A stretch of DNA of 32,000 nucleotides from an uncultured archaeon (GTDB taxonomy: Archaea > Iainarchaeota > Iainarchaeia > Iainarchaeales > CSSED10-239): positions 1,264 through 33,263 of the forward strand of contig CAYXAY010000005.1 of the NCBI GenBank assembly GCA_964463155.1, in the 5' to 3' direction. The notes beneath the pieces were generated by a model that was not told the DNA's origin, ran no database searches, and saw only the letters and a program-made list of their open reading frames with translations. Both the position numbers and the translations under genes were made by a program. Positions 24,084 through 32,000 of the stretch are shown one piece after another. The number at the start of each line of letters is the position of its first letter. The stretch's first letter is position 1.

Positions 24084-26015
24084 TTAGGATATTCCTAAAA
24101 ACTCCTTTAATTTTCTTTCAACTATCTCGTTTGCTTTATTGCCATCAATCAAGCCATTGGTTTTAGCCATTAGTCTTCCAATCAACAGACCTTTTGCTCT
24201 TTCTCTTAATTCTAGTATTCTTGATTGGTTTTCTTGGATTATTTCAGACATTATTTTGTCTAGGTCAAGAGTTTCCAAATCTTTGAATATCTTAAGCCTT
24301 TCTATTACTTCTTCTACGGTATTGTCAGAATTATTTAATTCTATATAGATTTCTATTAACTTTGTTTTTGGTAGCTTGTTGAAATCTTTGTAGGAGAAAA
24401 ACTCAAGAAGTTTTTTGCTTGTCACATTTTCCAAATCAAGTTTTCCTTCCCTTGAAAGATTGATAAGTTCTTCTAGAAGGAAAACAGCAACCTGTGTTGG
24501 ATTACGTTCTGGGTTGTTAAGCATTATCTTTTCAAAGATTGTAGCATAATTGTCAAGAACCATCTTTTCTGTTAATTGATTACTTATCTTGAAGTTTTCA
24601 AGATATAGCTTTTTTCTTTTTTCTACTGACAATGGCATTTCCTTTTTTGTTTCTTCTAATAACTCTTTTGTAAAGACAATTGGCAAAAGATCAGTTTCAG
24701 GATACATTCTTGTTCCGCCAACAGATAATGGTCTTTGATATTCTGTATTGCCGTCAGCATTGACAAGCCTTGTTTCTTTTGGTATCTCTTTTGAGAAAAG
24801 GTTTATTCTTTCCTCTAAGACCTCTTTAACATGTTCTATTTCTTTTTTATCGCACATCACTAGGATATATGAGTCTTTTTCAGAGAGATTAAGATATGAC
24901 TTAACTTTTTTTATTTCCTCTTCTGTTATTCCGTAGTTTGGGAGCTCGTCAGAATGAAACAAACCCTTTAGTGTTGTCTTTGCCTTTAGAATGCTTGCAA
25001 GTTCTGTTCCCACTCTCCTGTTTGGTTGAACCTCTCTACCAAGAATATTGTTAAACCCTAAAAGTAAGAAGCCAAAGACGCATTTGTTTTGGTCAAGAGA
25101 AGTTTTTATTGCCTTTGACTCTGTGTCTTTGAAGATGTCTGTTAAGTCTTTTTCTTCAAGAACAATTTTTAAAATATTTCTTTTTTGTAGTTCTTCTTTA
25201 ATTTCTAAAAGATTTAGTTGCCTTATTATTTCTCTTTTTATAATTTCCGGAATCAGATCTAAATCCTGACAACCCTTTATCTCTACTCTTGAACCTTTTG
25301 AGATTGAGACGTTTATGTCTTGGCGAATTGAGCCAAGACCTCTTTTAACAAGGCCTGTTGTTCTGAAGAGTTGTCCAAGAAATAATGCGACCTTTTTTGT
25401 GTCTTCAGGAGTGTGCATGTCATGCCAAACAACCATCTCTATCAATGGTATTCCTAGACGATCAAGAGAATAGATTACTTCTGTTTCTTTTCTTTCAAGA
25501 ACTCTTGCGGCGTCTTCCTCTAAAAGGATTTTGTCAATCCTTACTTTCCCAAAATCAAAATTAAGATATCCATCAGTTGCTATCATGGTTGTTCTTTGAA
25601 AGCCAGAGACATTTGAACCATCAATCACTTGCTTTCTCATAATTATGGATTTATCAACTAATTTGCTGTTTGTTAGATTAGAAATTATTATTGCAATTTT
25701 TAGGGAGTCAGGATTTGTTCTGATTGGCGGTTGACAATCCGCTTCCACTAAACAATTACAGACATTGTAGAAATAATAAACATAAGTTTTGTCTTTTTTG
25801 TGTTCAGAAACTGCCGCAAAATCTAATTCTCCTGATTCAGAATAAACAGGCCTTAATTTTCGTCTTATAATTCTGTCTGGCTTTGTTCCGTCTTTTATCA
25901 TCTCTGATTTACATTTACAGAACAGTTTTCCTGTGTCCAATTGTTGATGAATCTCAAGGCCGCAAGAAAGACCAAGTGTTTTGTAATCAATTGAATCGAT
26001 ATTTATTTTATTCAT
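24084..26015 (-). CDS. gatE: Glutamyl-tRNA(Gln) amidotransferase subunit E.
   Basis: 643 aa. N-terminal GLSCGLEIHQQLDTGKLFCKC (GatB/E signature), insertion domain, C-terminal YqeY/GatB-like tail. Length is typical of archaeal GatE. Confidence 0.9.
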   Translation of the reverse strand: MNKINIDSIDYKTLGLSCGLEIHQQLDTGKLFCKCKSEMIKDGTKPDRIIRRKLRPVYSESGELDFAAVSEHKKDKTYVYYFYNVCNCLVEADCQPPIRTNPDSLKIAIIISNLTNSKLVDKSIIMRKQVIDGSNVSGFQRTTMIATDGYLNFDFGKVRIDKILLEEDAARVLERKETEVIYSLDRLGIPLIEMVVWHDMHTPEDTKKVALFLGQLFRTTGLVKRGLGSIRQDINVSISKGSRVEIKGCQDLDLIPEIIKREIIRQLNLLEIKEELQKRNILKIVLEEKDLTDIFKDTESKAIKTSLDQNKCVFGFLLLGFNNILGREVQPNRRVGTELASILKAKTTLKGLFHSDELPNYGITEEEIKKVKSYLNLSEKDSYILVMCDKKEIEHVKEVLEERINLFSKEIPKETRLVNADGNTEYQRPLSVGGTRMYPETDLLPIVFTKELLEETKKEMPLSVEKRKKLYLENFKISNQLTEKMVLDNYATIFEKIMLNNPERNPTQVAVFLLEELINLSREGKLDLENVTSKKLLEFFSYKDFNKLPKTKLIEIYIELNNSDNTVEEVIERLKIFKDLETLDLDKIMSEIIQENQSRILELRERAKGLLIGRLMAKTNGLIDGNKANEIVERKLKEFLGIS

Positions 26016-26019
26016 AATT

Positions 26020-27363
26020 TCACTTTTTTAAAACATCCCAATAGCCGATTTTATCTGAACCAATTCTTTTAATTTTTTTATCTGATTTTAATTTTCTTAT
26101 TTTCCTAAATATTGTAATAGCACTTAATTTTAATTTTTTACTTAACTGTGTATAAGTGATTTTATTATTTTTTGTGATTTCAAAAATAATTTTGTCTTCT
26201 TCATTTACACCTTCATTTACACCTTCATTTACACCTTCATTTACACCTTCATTTACGGGGACATTTGGCCTATAAAAAATTACAGATAACCCGTTTGGTT
26301 CTAATCTGTATTCTACTTTAATTTTTTGTTCTTTACAGTATTCATTTATTCTTCTTATGCCCGAACCCCAATTTTCAATATAATCAAAATAATATAAAAT
26401 TTGGGCAATACTAGGATTTCTTAAAATAGATTTTCCTTTACCCGATAAATAATCTTTTATAGAATATTCTTTTGGAAATTTCCCCGGGTTATAAATTTCA
26501 ACTCTGTCTGGATAAATAGCAACCTCATTATTTTTTATTATCGTATAATCTTTGTGGCAAAAAGAATTAATGATTGCTTCAAATAGCGCTCTTTCTGGAA
26601 TCTCTAGTTTTTCATTACGTTCCGCTTTTGTAAGATCTGCTTGCCAATTAAGATGTTCAAAAAGATATTTTTTAGAAAAATCAATTAGCTCAAAAATATT
26701 TCCTTTCTTTAACTTAATATCAATAAAATCTTTTTTTTTTTTTGTCTTAAAAACAGCACACTGCAATTCAATATCTGATTTTTTTGAAAATAACATATTT
26801 CCTGCATTAGTTAAGTTGTTCTTATTTAAAAGATTTAATTTATTCAAAACGTCTTTAACATTTGTAAATTTAAAATTAATTTTTTCATTTTGATTTGCCT
26901 TAGTAACAAATCTTCTTAATTGAACAGAATTTGTGTCTTTAATTAATCCGGTTGATAATTGTTTATCCCAAATTATATTATTTTGACTAACAATTCTTTC
27001 TTTTATATTTTCAAAATCTAATTGCTGATTTTGATCACTTACTCTTATATAAGCTCTACCATATGCAAAATAAAGATTTGAATTCCCTTTAAAATCAACT
27101 AAAATACACTCTTTCTTATTCAATAAGATTTTTTTTATATTTGGATGAATTTTTGGATCTATTGCTCTCGAGATTTCTGTTGCTATGTCTCTTAATGTGT
27201 CTTTACCTATATTTTGTCCAATTACTTCGCCATCATCTTTAATTCCAAAATAAATTCTGCCAGAATTATTTTTATTTAAAATTGCGCAAATAGAAATAAT
27301 TGCATCTTTTAATTCAGATGTTGATTTTTTAAATTCAACCTTTTCTGTTTCTTTTAATTGCAT
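26020..27363 (-). CDS. AlbA_2 (Schlafen-like 'divergent AAA') + HATPase_c_4 + C-terminal winged-HTH protein; putative DNA-binding/regulatory protein.
   Basis: N-terminus ETEKVEFKKSTSELKDAIISICAILNKNNSGRIYFGIKDDGEVIG (AlbA_2 pattern). Central region FEAIINSFCHKDYT...VEIYNPGKFP...LRNPSIAQILYYFDYIENWGSGIRRI (RecG-C-terminal-like HATPase_c_4 pattern). The C-terminus KITYTQLSKKLKLSAITIFRKIRKLKSDKKIKRIG is HTH-like. Confidence 0.75.
   Translation of the reverse strand: MQLKETEKVEFKKSTSELKDAIISICAILNKNNSGRIYFGIKDDGEVIGQNIGKDTLRDIATEISRAIDPKIHPNIKKILLNKKECILVDFKGNSNLYFAYGRAYIRVSDQNQQLDFENIKERIVSQNNIIWDKQLSTGLIKDTNSVQLRRFVTKANQNEKINFKFTNVKDVLNKLNLLNKNNLTNAGNMLFSKKSDIELQCAVFKTKKKKDFIDIKLKKGNIFELIDFSKKYLFEHLNWQADLTKAERNEKLEIPERALFEAIINSFCHKDYTIIKNNEVAIYPDRVEIYNPGKFPKEYSIKDYLSGKGKSILRNPSIAQILYYFDYIENWGSGIRRINEYCKEQKIKVEYRLEPNGLSVIFYRPNVPVNEGVNEGVNEGVNEGVNEEDKIIFEITKNNKITYTQLSKKLKLSAITIFRKIRKLKSDKKIKRIGSDKIGYWDVLKK
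26200..26256. repeat. 12-bp tandem repeat TTCATTTACACC x4.75, encoding (NEGV)4 on the minus strand inside the AlbA_2-family gene.
   Basis: Four exact consecutive copies at 26200-26247 plus a 9-nt partial copy. Protein segment PVNEGVNEGVNEGVNEGVNEED, lying between the HATPase_c_4 region and the HTH. Confidence 0.95.
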
Positions 27364-27375
27364 AATGCTTTTTCT

Positions 27376-28728
27376 TTAAATATCAAAATTATCAAAACTT
27401 TCTGGAATTTCTTTTTTTGAAATTTCTCCGGCTATGGTTTTTTCCATGTATTTTATTATATCTTCTTTTGTTTTAAATCTTGAAAGAGCAATACTTAGTT
27501 TTAGATAAGCAACTTCTGGTAACATGTCGTGTTGGTCAAGATAACAGCCTCCTGCTTCTTGAATATATCTTAAATTTGCATAAACGTTTCCATTTACCCT
27601 GCCAAATAAACACAGAGTGGTTATAATTACAATTATTCCTTTGTCTGTTGCTTTCTTAATATATGGAACCCAGCTTTTCTTCTTGTCAAAGGATTTGTCG
27701 GTTCCACCCATTCCTGTTGGGCAATGTCCAAGTCCTGTACCTTCTATTACTAGCCCTTTATAGCCTTTTTTAATATACCACTCTATGATTTTTGGATCGC
27801 TATTTGGATAAGCTTTAACTATTGCAACATTGTCTGAAAAATCAATAAATAGTTTTGGCTCTATCCTTGGTCTTACAATCAATTGCCTTTTGTCTTTTAA
27901 GTATTCTATTTTTCCATTTTGATAAACCCTTGCTATTGGAAAATCATTGATTGCCCTAAAAGAATCTCTTCTTGAGGTGTGCATTTTTCTACATTTTGTT
28001 GCTCTTATTACATTACAGAAATCATCACTAATTGAGCCGTGCATCATTGTGTAAATTCCAGGCACTTCTTCTTTAATAAATTGAGCAGCACATATTAGAT
28101 TCATAGCTCCATCAAAACTGGCCCTGTCTGGAGACCTCTGAGCGCCAACTAAGATTATTGGTTTGTTAATATTTTCAATCATAAAAGAAAGAATAGTTCC
28201 AGTCCAGGTTAATGTGTCTGTTCCGTGAGAGATTATTATTCCTTTAATTTCGGGGGTAATCAACTGCTCATAAACCTTTTCTGCAATCTTTTGCCAATCT
28301 TTATAACCTAGATCTTCGCTTCCTTTCATAGCTACTGGTTGTATATTTTTAATATTAACAATTTCAAGAAGTTCAGGAACTGTTGAAATTATTTCTTCTG
28401 GAGTTCTTGACATACTTACTCCGCCTGTCTTATAATCAACATGTGTTCCTATTGTCCCTCCTGTTGAAACTAAAGAAATTGCAGGAAGTGCTTCATTTTG
28501 TTTAATTGTTAATTTGTGTTTTTTTCCTAAATTTTTCTTTTCATTCTCTATTTCTATTTTTGTGTCTTTATCAGTAGTTACTCCAATATTATAACCATTA
28601 TCTAAAAGTTTAAGAGTTAGTTCTTGGATATTTTCTTTTTCTATAAACTTTACAAGATAACCTTTATAGATAATTTTATTTTTATTAATAGTAATTAATT
28701 TACCTCTATCTTTTTCAGACACAATCAT
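27376..28728 (-). CDS. gatD: Glutamyl-tRNA(Gln) amidotransferase subunit D (asparaginase-like).
   Basis: 450 aa. Asparaginase signatures LVSTGGTIGT and IISHGTDTL, with the N-terminal GatD-specific extension. Confidence 0.9.
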   Translation of the reverse strand: MIVSEKDRGKLITINKNKIIYKGYLVKFIEKENIQELTLKLLDNGYNIGVTTDKDTKIEIENEKKNLGKKHKLTIKQNEALPAISLVSTGGTIGTHVDYKTGGVSMSRTPEEIISTVPELLEIVNIKNIQPVAMKGSEDLGYKDWQKIAEKVYEQLITPEIKGIIISHGTDTLTWTGTILSFMIENINKPIILVGAQRSPDRASFDGAMNLICAAQFIKEEVPGIYTMMHGSISDDFCNVIRATKCRKMHTSRRDSFRAINDFPIARVYQNGKIEYLKDKRQLIVRPRIEPKLFIDFSDNVAIVKAYPNSDPKIIEWYIKKGYKGLVIEGTGLGHCPTGMGGTDKSFDKKKSWVPYIKKATDKGIIVIITTLCLFGRVNGNVYANLRYIQEAGGCYLDQHDMLPEVAYLKLSIALSRFKTKEDIIKYMEKTIAGEISKKEIPESFDNFDI

Positions 28729-28782
28729 AAATACTCACTTTTCTAAAATATATATAAGAAAAAGAATATATAAAGTTAATGC

Positions 28783-29286
28783 CTAGTGCCCATATTTCCT
28801 AAACAATAATTTGTGAATCAAAAATCTCACTAAAAAGAAAAAAAACGAAGACGAATAGTTTGCTATCAAATAATTTATGGCAAATCTTTCAACCAGAAAT
28901 ATCATGGTAAGAATTGTTAAAACAATACAAACAAAAGATACAAAGAAATATGAAAAAGCATACCAAAAATTAACTTTCGCTTGTTTGTAATCTCTTTCTT
29001 TAACTATGAATTTGTTGTTAAGAAGGTAATTGATATATATCCCGGTGATTGTTCCAATGATTGCTGCAAAGATATAGTACATTTTTATTGGCGAATAGAC
29101 CAATACAAAGAACAAGAAGAAATCAACTAGTGTTCCAACTATTCCAAGACTTGCGTATTTTAGAAATACCTTGTTACTATAGAATATAGAATTGCTTACC
29201 ATCTCATAATATATGGCATGAAGCGGGCCTGGCTTTTTCTTAGTCAATAATGTGTCCCTAAATGATATCTTCTTTTTTTTAAACAT
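28783..29286 (-). CDS. GtrA-like membrane protein.
   Basis: From the ATG at 29286 (MFKKKKISFRDT...). FLKYASLGIVGTLVDFFLFFVLVY and four hydrophobic helices typical of the GtrA family. The 42-codon extension in the track overlaps the tldD start region. Confidence 0.65.
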   Translation of the reverse strand: MFKKKKISFRDTLLTKKKPGPLHAIYYEMVSNSIFYSNKVFLKYASLGIVGTLVDFFLFFVLVYSPIKMYYIFAAIIGTITGIYINYLLNNKFIVKERDYKQAKVNFWYAFSYFFVSFVCIVLTILTMIFLVERFAINYLIANYSSSFFFFLVRFLIHKLLFRKYGH

Positions 29287-29369
29287 CTTTTTTTCGCAAT
29301 TTTTTGTTTTTAGTCTATAGTATATAATAAAATAAAGAATATAAATACTATCTATTATCTTATATATAT

Positions 29370-30758
29370 ATGACAACTGCTTATTTTGAGAGTTTTTTAG
29401 ACAATGTTTCAAGTTACTTAAAGTCTAAGAATCTTGATTATTATGATATTAGATTAGAAACCACTAACAGCAATAGAATTGCAATAGAAAACAAGATAAT
29501 CAAGGAAATAAATATTAATGATATTACTGGTATTGGAATTAGGATTTTAAAAAATGGAAAATTCGGATTTTGCTCAACAACAGAACTTTCAAATTACAAG
29601 AAGATTATTGATGATTGTATATTTGCAACAAGCCACATTAAAACCAAAACCAAATTTGAGAACTGGGCAGAAAATAGCAAGATTGTAAAAACTAAATTTG
29701 TAGATTTTGAAGAAATGACTATAGACAAAAAAGTCAAAGAACTGCAAAGAATAAACTGCTTGGTAATTAATGGTAAAAAAGACTATAAGGTCATACAGTC
29801 AAATATTAATTATATTGAGAAGATCAAGAAAAAATATTTTGTTAGCCCTGATTCTTTTATTGTTCAGGATGACTCGCATGTTATCTTTTATACTTCAATC
29901 ACTGGAAAATCCGGAAATATAACTGAAAACTGTGTGGAAAGATTTGGAGAAGTGGGCGGTCTTGAAAAACTTGATTTTAGAAAACTTGAAAATCTCACAA
30001 AGAAAAACACAAACAATGTTTCAGAGATTTTAAAAGCAAAAGCTTGTCCTGCAAAAACTACAGACATAATCCTAACACCAAACCTTGTAGACCTTTTGGC
30101 ACATGAAGCAATTGGCCATGCCTCTGAAGGAGACGCCATTACCAACCATTCTTCTGTTTTAAAGATTGGGCAAGTCTTAACCGAAAACAAAGAAATCACA
30201 ATTGTTGATAATCCAACGCTTAAAGAATTTGGGCACTATCTTTATGATGATGAGGGGATAAAGGCAAGAGAAAAAACAATTGTTAAAAAAGGGGTAGTTA
30301 ATGATTATCTTCTTGACATTGAGTCTGCAACAAAACTGAAAATGAAACCAACAGGAAACGCAAGAGCAGAAAGCTTTGCTTCTAGGCCGATTGTTAGAAT
30401 GAGTAATACTTATTTCTTGGCTGGTAAAGAAAAACTACCAGATGTTCTTTCTGATTTTTCTGGATATCTTCTTGATGGCTTTGCGGGAGGCCAAGTTGAC
30501 CCTAGTGTTGGAACATTTATGTTTGGTATTAAGAAAGCTTACCAGTACAAGAATGGAAAAAAGATTGGAACATTTAAGCAAGCATCAATTTCAGGAAATA
30601 TTCTTGACTATCTAAAAAATGTCTCAGCAGTAACAAACAAGATTGGAGAGTTTGGATTTGGATTCTGTGGAAAAGAGGGGCAGACTGCTTTTGTTTCTGG
30701 CTCTGGTCCACATATTAAGATTGATAAGGCAATATTAGGGGGAACCAAACATGAATAA
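29370..30758 (+). CDS. tldD: TldD-family metalloprotease.
   Basis: 462 aa. HExxxH motif LAHEAIGHASEGD, C-terminal GxGFCGKxGQ-type motif (FGFGFCGKEGQ). The stop overlaps the downstream pmbA-like start. Confidence 0.85.
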   Translation: MTTAYFESFLDNVSSYLKSKNLDYYDIRLETTNSNRIAIENKIIKEININDITGIGIRILKNGKFGFCSTTELSNYKKIIDDCIFATSHIKTKTKFENWAENSKIVKTKFVDFEEMTIDKKVKELQRINCLVINGKKDYKVIQSNINYIEKIKKKYFVSPDSFIVQDDSHVIFYTSITGKSGNITENCVERFGEVGGLEKLDFRKLENLTKKNTNNVSEILKAKACPAKTTDIILTPNLVDLLAHEAIGHASEGDAITNHSSVLKIGQVLTENKEITIVDNPTLKEFGHYLYDDEGIKAREKTIVKKGVVNDYLLDIESATKLKMKPTGNARAESFASRPIVRMSNTYFLAGKEKLPDVLSDFSGYLLDGFAGGQVDPSVGTFMFGIKKAYQYKNGKKIGTFKQASISGNILDYLKNVSAVTNKIGEFGFGFCGKEGQTAFVSGSGPHIKIDKAILGGTKHE

Positions 30759-32000
30759 AGACATTTTTGATTTGTGCCAGAAGTTTGCAAAGAAAGAAAA
30801 AGTCGAGTTTATCTTTAAAGATAAATATTCAATTTCTGCAAAAATTATTGGATTTGATATCTCTAAAATAAATAACCAAGAATCATCTGGGCTTTTTATT
30901 AGAGTTATTGTTGATGGCTATTCAGGGTATACAACAATAACTGAAATCTCTGAAAAAAATATAAAGGTTGGAATTGAAAAAGCAAAAAAGATCGCTAAAC
31001 TAAAAAAAGGAATAAAAATTAATGATTTTGGGGCTGATAAAAACAAAAGAACATACAAGCAAGATACAGAAATTCTTGATTTTGATATCTCTGAGAAGTT
31101 TTTAGAAATTAAAAAAAATCTAACAAAAGGTAAACACATTAAGTCTTATGAAGGGGGCTTTGGAGTTTCAAGAGGCTATTCATTTTATATTAACCCTTAT
31201 ACATCTAGAGAAAAAACCAGTGGCTCTGCAAGCTTTGGTGTGCAAATTAACACACTGGATAAAAAACCATCAAACGGTGGAGAATCACAAGTTTTTACAA
31301 AAGCAAAAGACATCGACTTTGTTTCTGTGATTGATAAAGCAAAAAAAAACGCAAAACTTTTACTTAATCCAACACAAGGAAAAAAAGGAAATTATGATTT
31401 GGTGTTTAGTAATAATGCTAGTGCAAGTCTAATTCTTAATTTTATTGTGCATCCAACAATTGGAGAACTAATGGTTAAGAAGCAAACATATCTTTCATCT
31501 AGTCTTGGAAAATCCGTTTTTTCTAAGAACCTAACAATTGCTGAAGTTCCACAAAAGCACTATTTCCTTGGCTCAGACGAGGTTGATGATGAGGGATTTA
31601 AGACTACTGACAAGAAGATAATTGATAAAGGAAAGTTTGTAACTTCTGTTTTTGATCAAGAATATGCTGTTCTTGCAGGGAAAAAAATAACAGGTAATGG
31701 GTTTAGAGACGGTATTTACTCTCCAGTCTCTTGTGATTTTACAAATCTTTTAGTAACTTCTGGAAAAACTAAACAAAAAGACATAATTTCAAAAATAAAA
31801 AACGGAATATATGTTCAAGATGTTATGGGTATACATACAAGCAATATGACAAATGGAGAATTCTCCTTAACCATCAACTCTGGAAAAGAAATAAAAGACG
31901 GCAAATACAAAAACACAATAACAAACCTTAACTTTACAGGCAACTGTAAAGACATCTTTAAAGACATTTATTTTACAAAAGAACAAAAATTCTTTGGCTC
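30751..32000 (+). CDS. pmbA: PmbA/TldE-family protein, partial (the ORF runs off the right window edge).
   Basis: Not in the ORF track (no in-window stop). The ATG at 30751 overlaps the tldD stop (ATGAATAA). Hand translation: MNKDIFDLCQKFAKKEKVEFIFKDKYSISAKIIGFDISKINNQESSGLFIRVIVDGYSGYTT ... VDDEGFKTTDKKIIDKGKFVT ... GNGFRDGIYSPVSCDFTNLLVTSG ... NGIYVQDVMGIHTSNMTNGEFSL, the usual PmbA layout paired with TldD. Confidence 0.8.
   Translation, partial: MNKDIFDLCQKFAKKEKVEFIFKDKYSISAKIIGFDISKINNQESSGLFIRVIVDGYSGYTTITEISEKNIKVGIEKAKKIAKLKKGIKINDFGADKNKRTYKQDTEILDFDISEKFLEIKKNLTKGKHIKSYEGGFGVSRGYSFYINPYTSREKTSGSASFGVQINTLDKKPSNGGESQVFTKAKDIDFVSVIDKAKKNAKLLLNPTQGKKGNYDLVFSNNASASLILNFIVHPTIGELMVKKQTYLSSSLGKSVFSKNLTIAEVPQKHYFLGSDEVDDEGFKTTDKKIIDKGKFVTSVFDQEYAVLAGKKITGNGFRDGIYSPVSCDFTNLLVTSGKTKQKDIISKIKNGIYVQDVMGIHTSNMTNGEFSLTINSGKEIKDGKYKNTITNLNFTGNCKDIFKDIYFTKEQKFFG

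Noticed and set aside
26200-26256. Possible CRISPR array or minisatellite outside genes.
   Set aside because: Units are 12 bp with no spacers and lie in frame inside a coding sequence. No other repeat-spacer structure or cas gene was seen anywhere in the window.
1-32000. Diversity-generating retroelement (common in DPANN-type archaea), acting on the giant surface protein.
   Set aside because: No reverse-transcriptase-like ORF and no template/variable repeat pair was noticed in the window. The C-terminal end of the giant protein, the usual DGR target, lies outside the window, so this cannot be assessed here.

Overview
AT-rich (roughly 30% GC by eye) archaeal chromosomal segment. The archaeal call rests on GatD/GatE transamidase genes, a eukaryote/archaeal-type TrpRS, an XPD/Rad3 Fe-S helicase, an Lrp/AsnC regulator and TATA-like boxes 25-45 nt upstream of start codons. 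The compact gene spacing, the giant surface protein and the many decayed genes suggest a small-genome DPANN-like archaeon; this is inference only. No searches were run, so all family calls rest on motifs I could read in the translations.

Housekeeping genes: ppsA, a gpt-like PRTase, an EFR1-type flavodoxin/ferredoxin, XPD, trpS, a HAD nucleotidase-like hydrolase, gatE, gatD, tldD, pmbA (partial), LemA, an LMW phosphatase and a GtrA-like membrane protein.

The supplied ORF track omits two ORFs that run off the window edges:
- A giant ORF of at least 1,699 codons on the minus strand at 1..5097: a membrane-anchored protein built of tandem beta-sandwich modules.
- The pmbA-like ORF at 30751..32000.

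Accessory and unusual content:
- An internally deleted IS5/IS4-like element with 16-bp terminal inverted repeats and a 9-bp target duplication (5172..5884).
- A Panacea/DUF4065 antitoxin gene coupled to an unclassified RelE/HigB-like ORF, plus an upstream orphan (7073..8389).
- A second RelE/ParE-type pair abutting the XPD gene (13720..14362).
- A CopG/RHH gene relic with an in-frame TAG (16360..16494).
- A single-chain tandem Lrp/AsnC regulator with a perfect 17-bp palindrome in its divergent promoter region, facing a 509-aa orphan.
- tRNA-Gln(CUG) flanked by two decayed genes: a GIY-YIG gene with two nonsense codons, and a second gene with one nonsense codon plus two poly-A frameshifts.
- An AlbA_2/Schlafen-like + HATPase_c_4 + wHTH gene wedged between gatD and gatE, carrying a 12-bp tandem repeat that encodes (NEGV)n.

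No rRNA, CRISPR array, cas gene or reverse transcriptase was seen.
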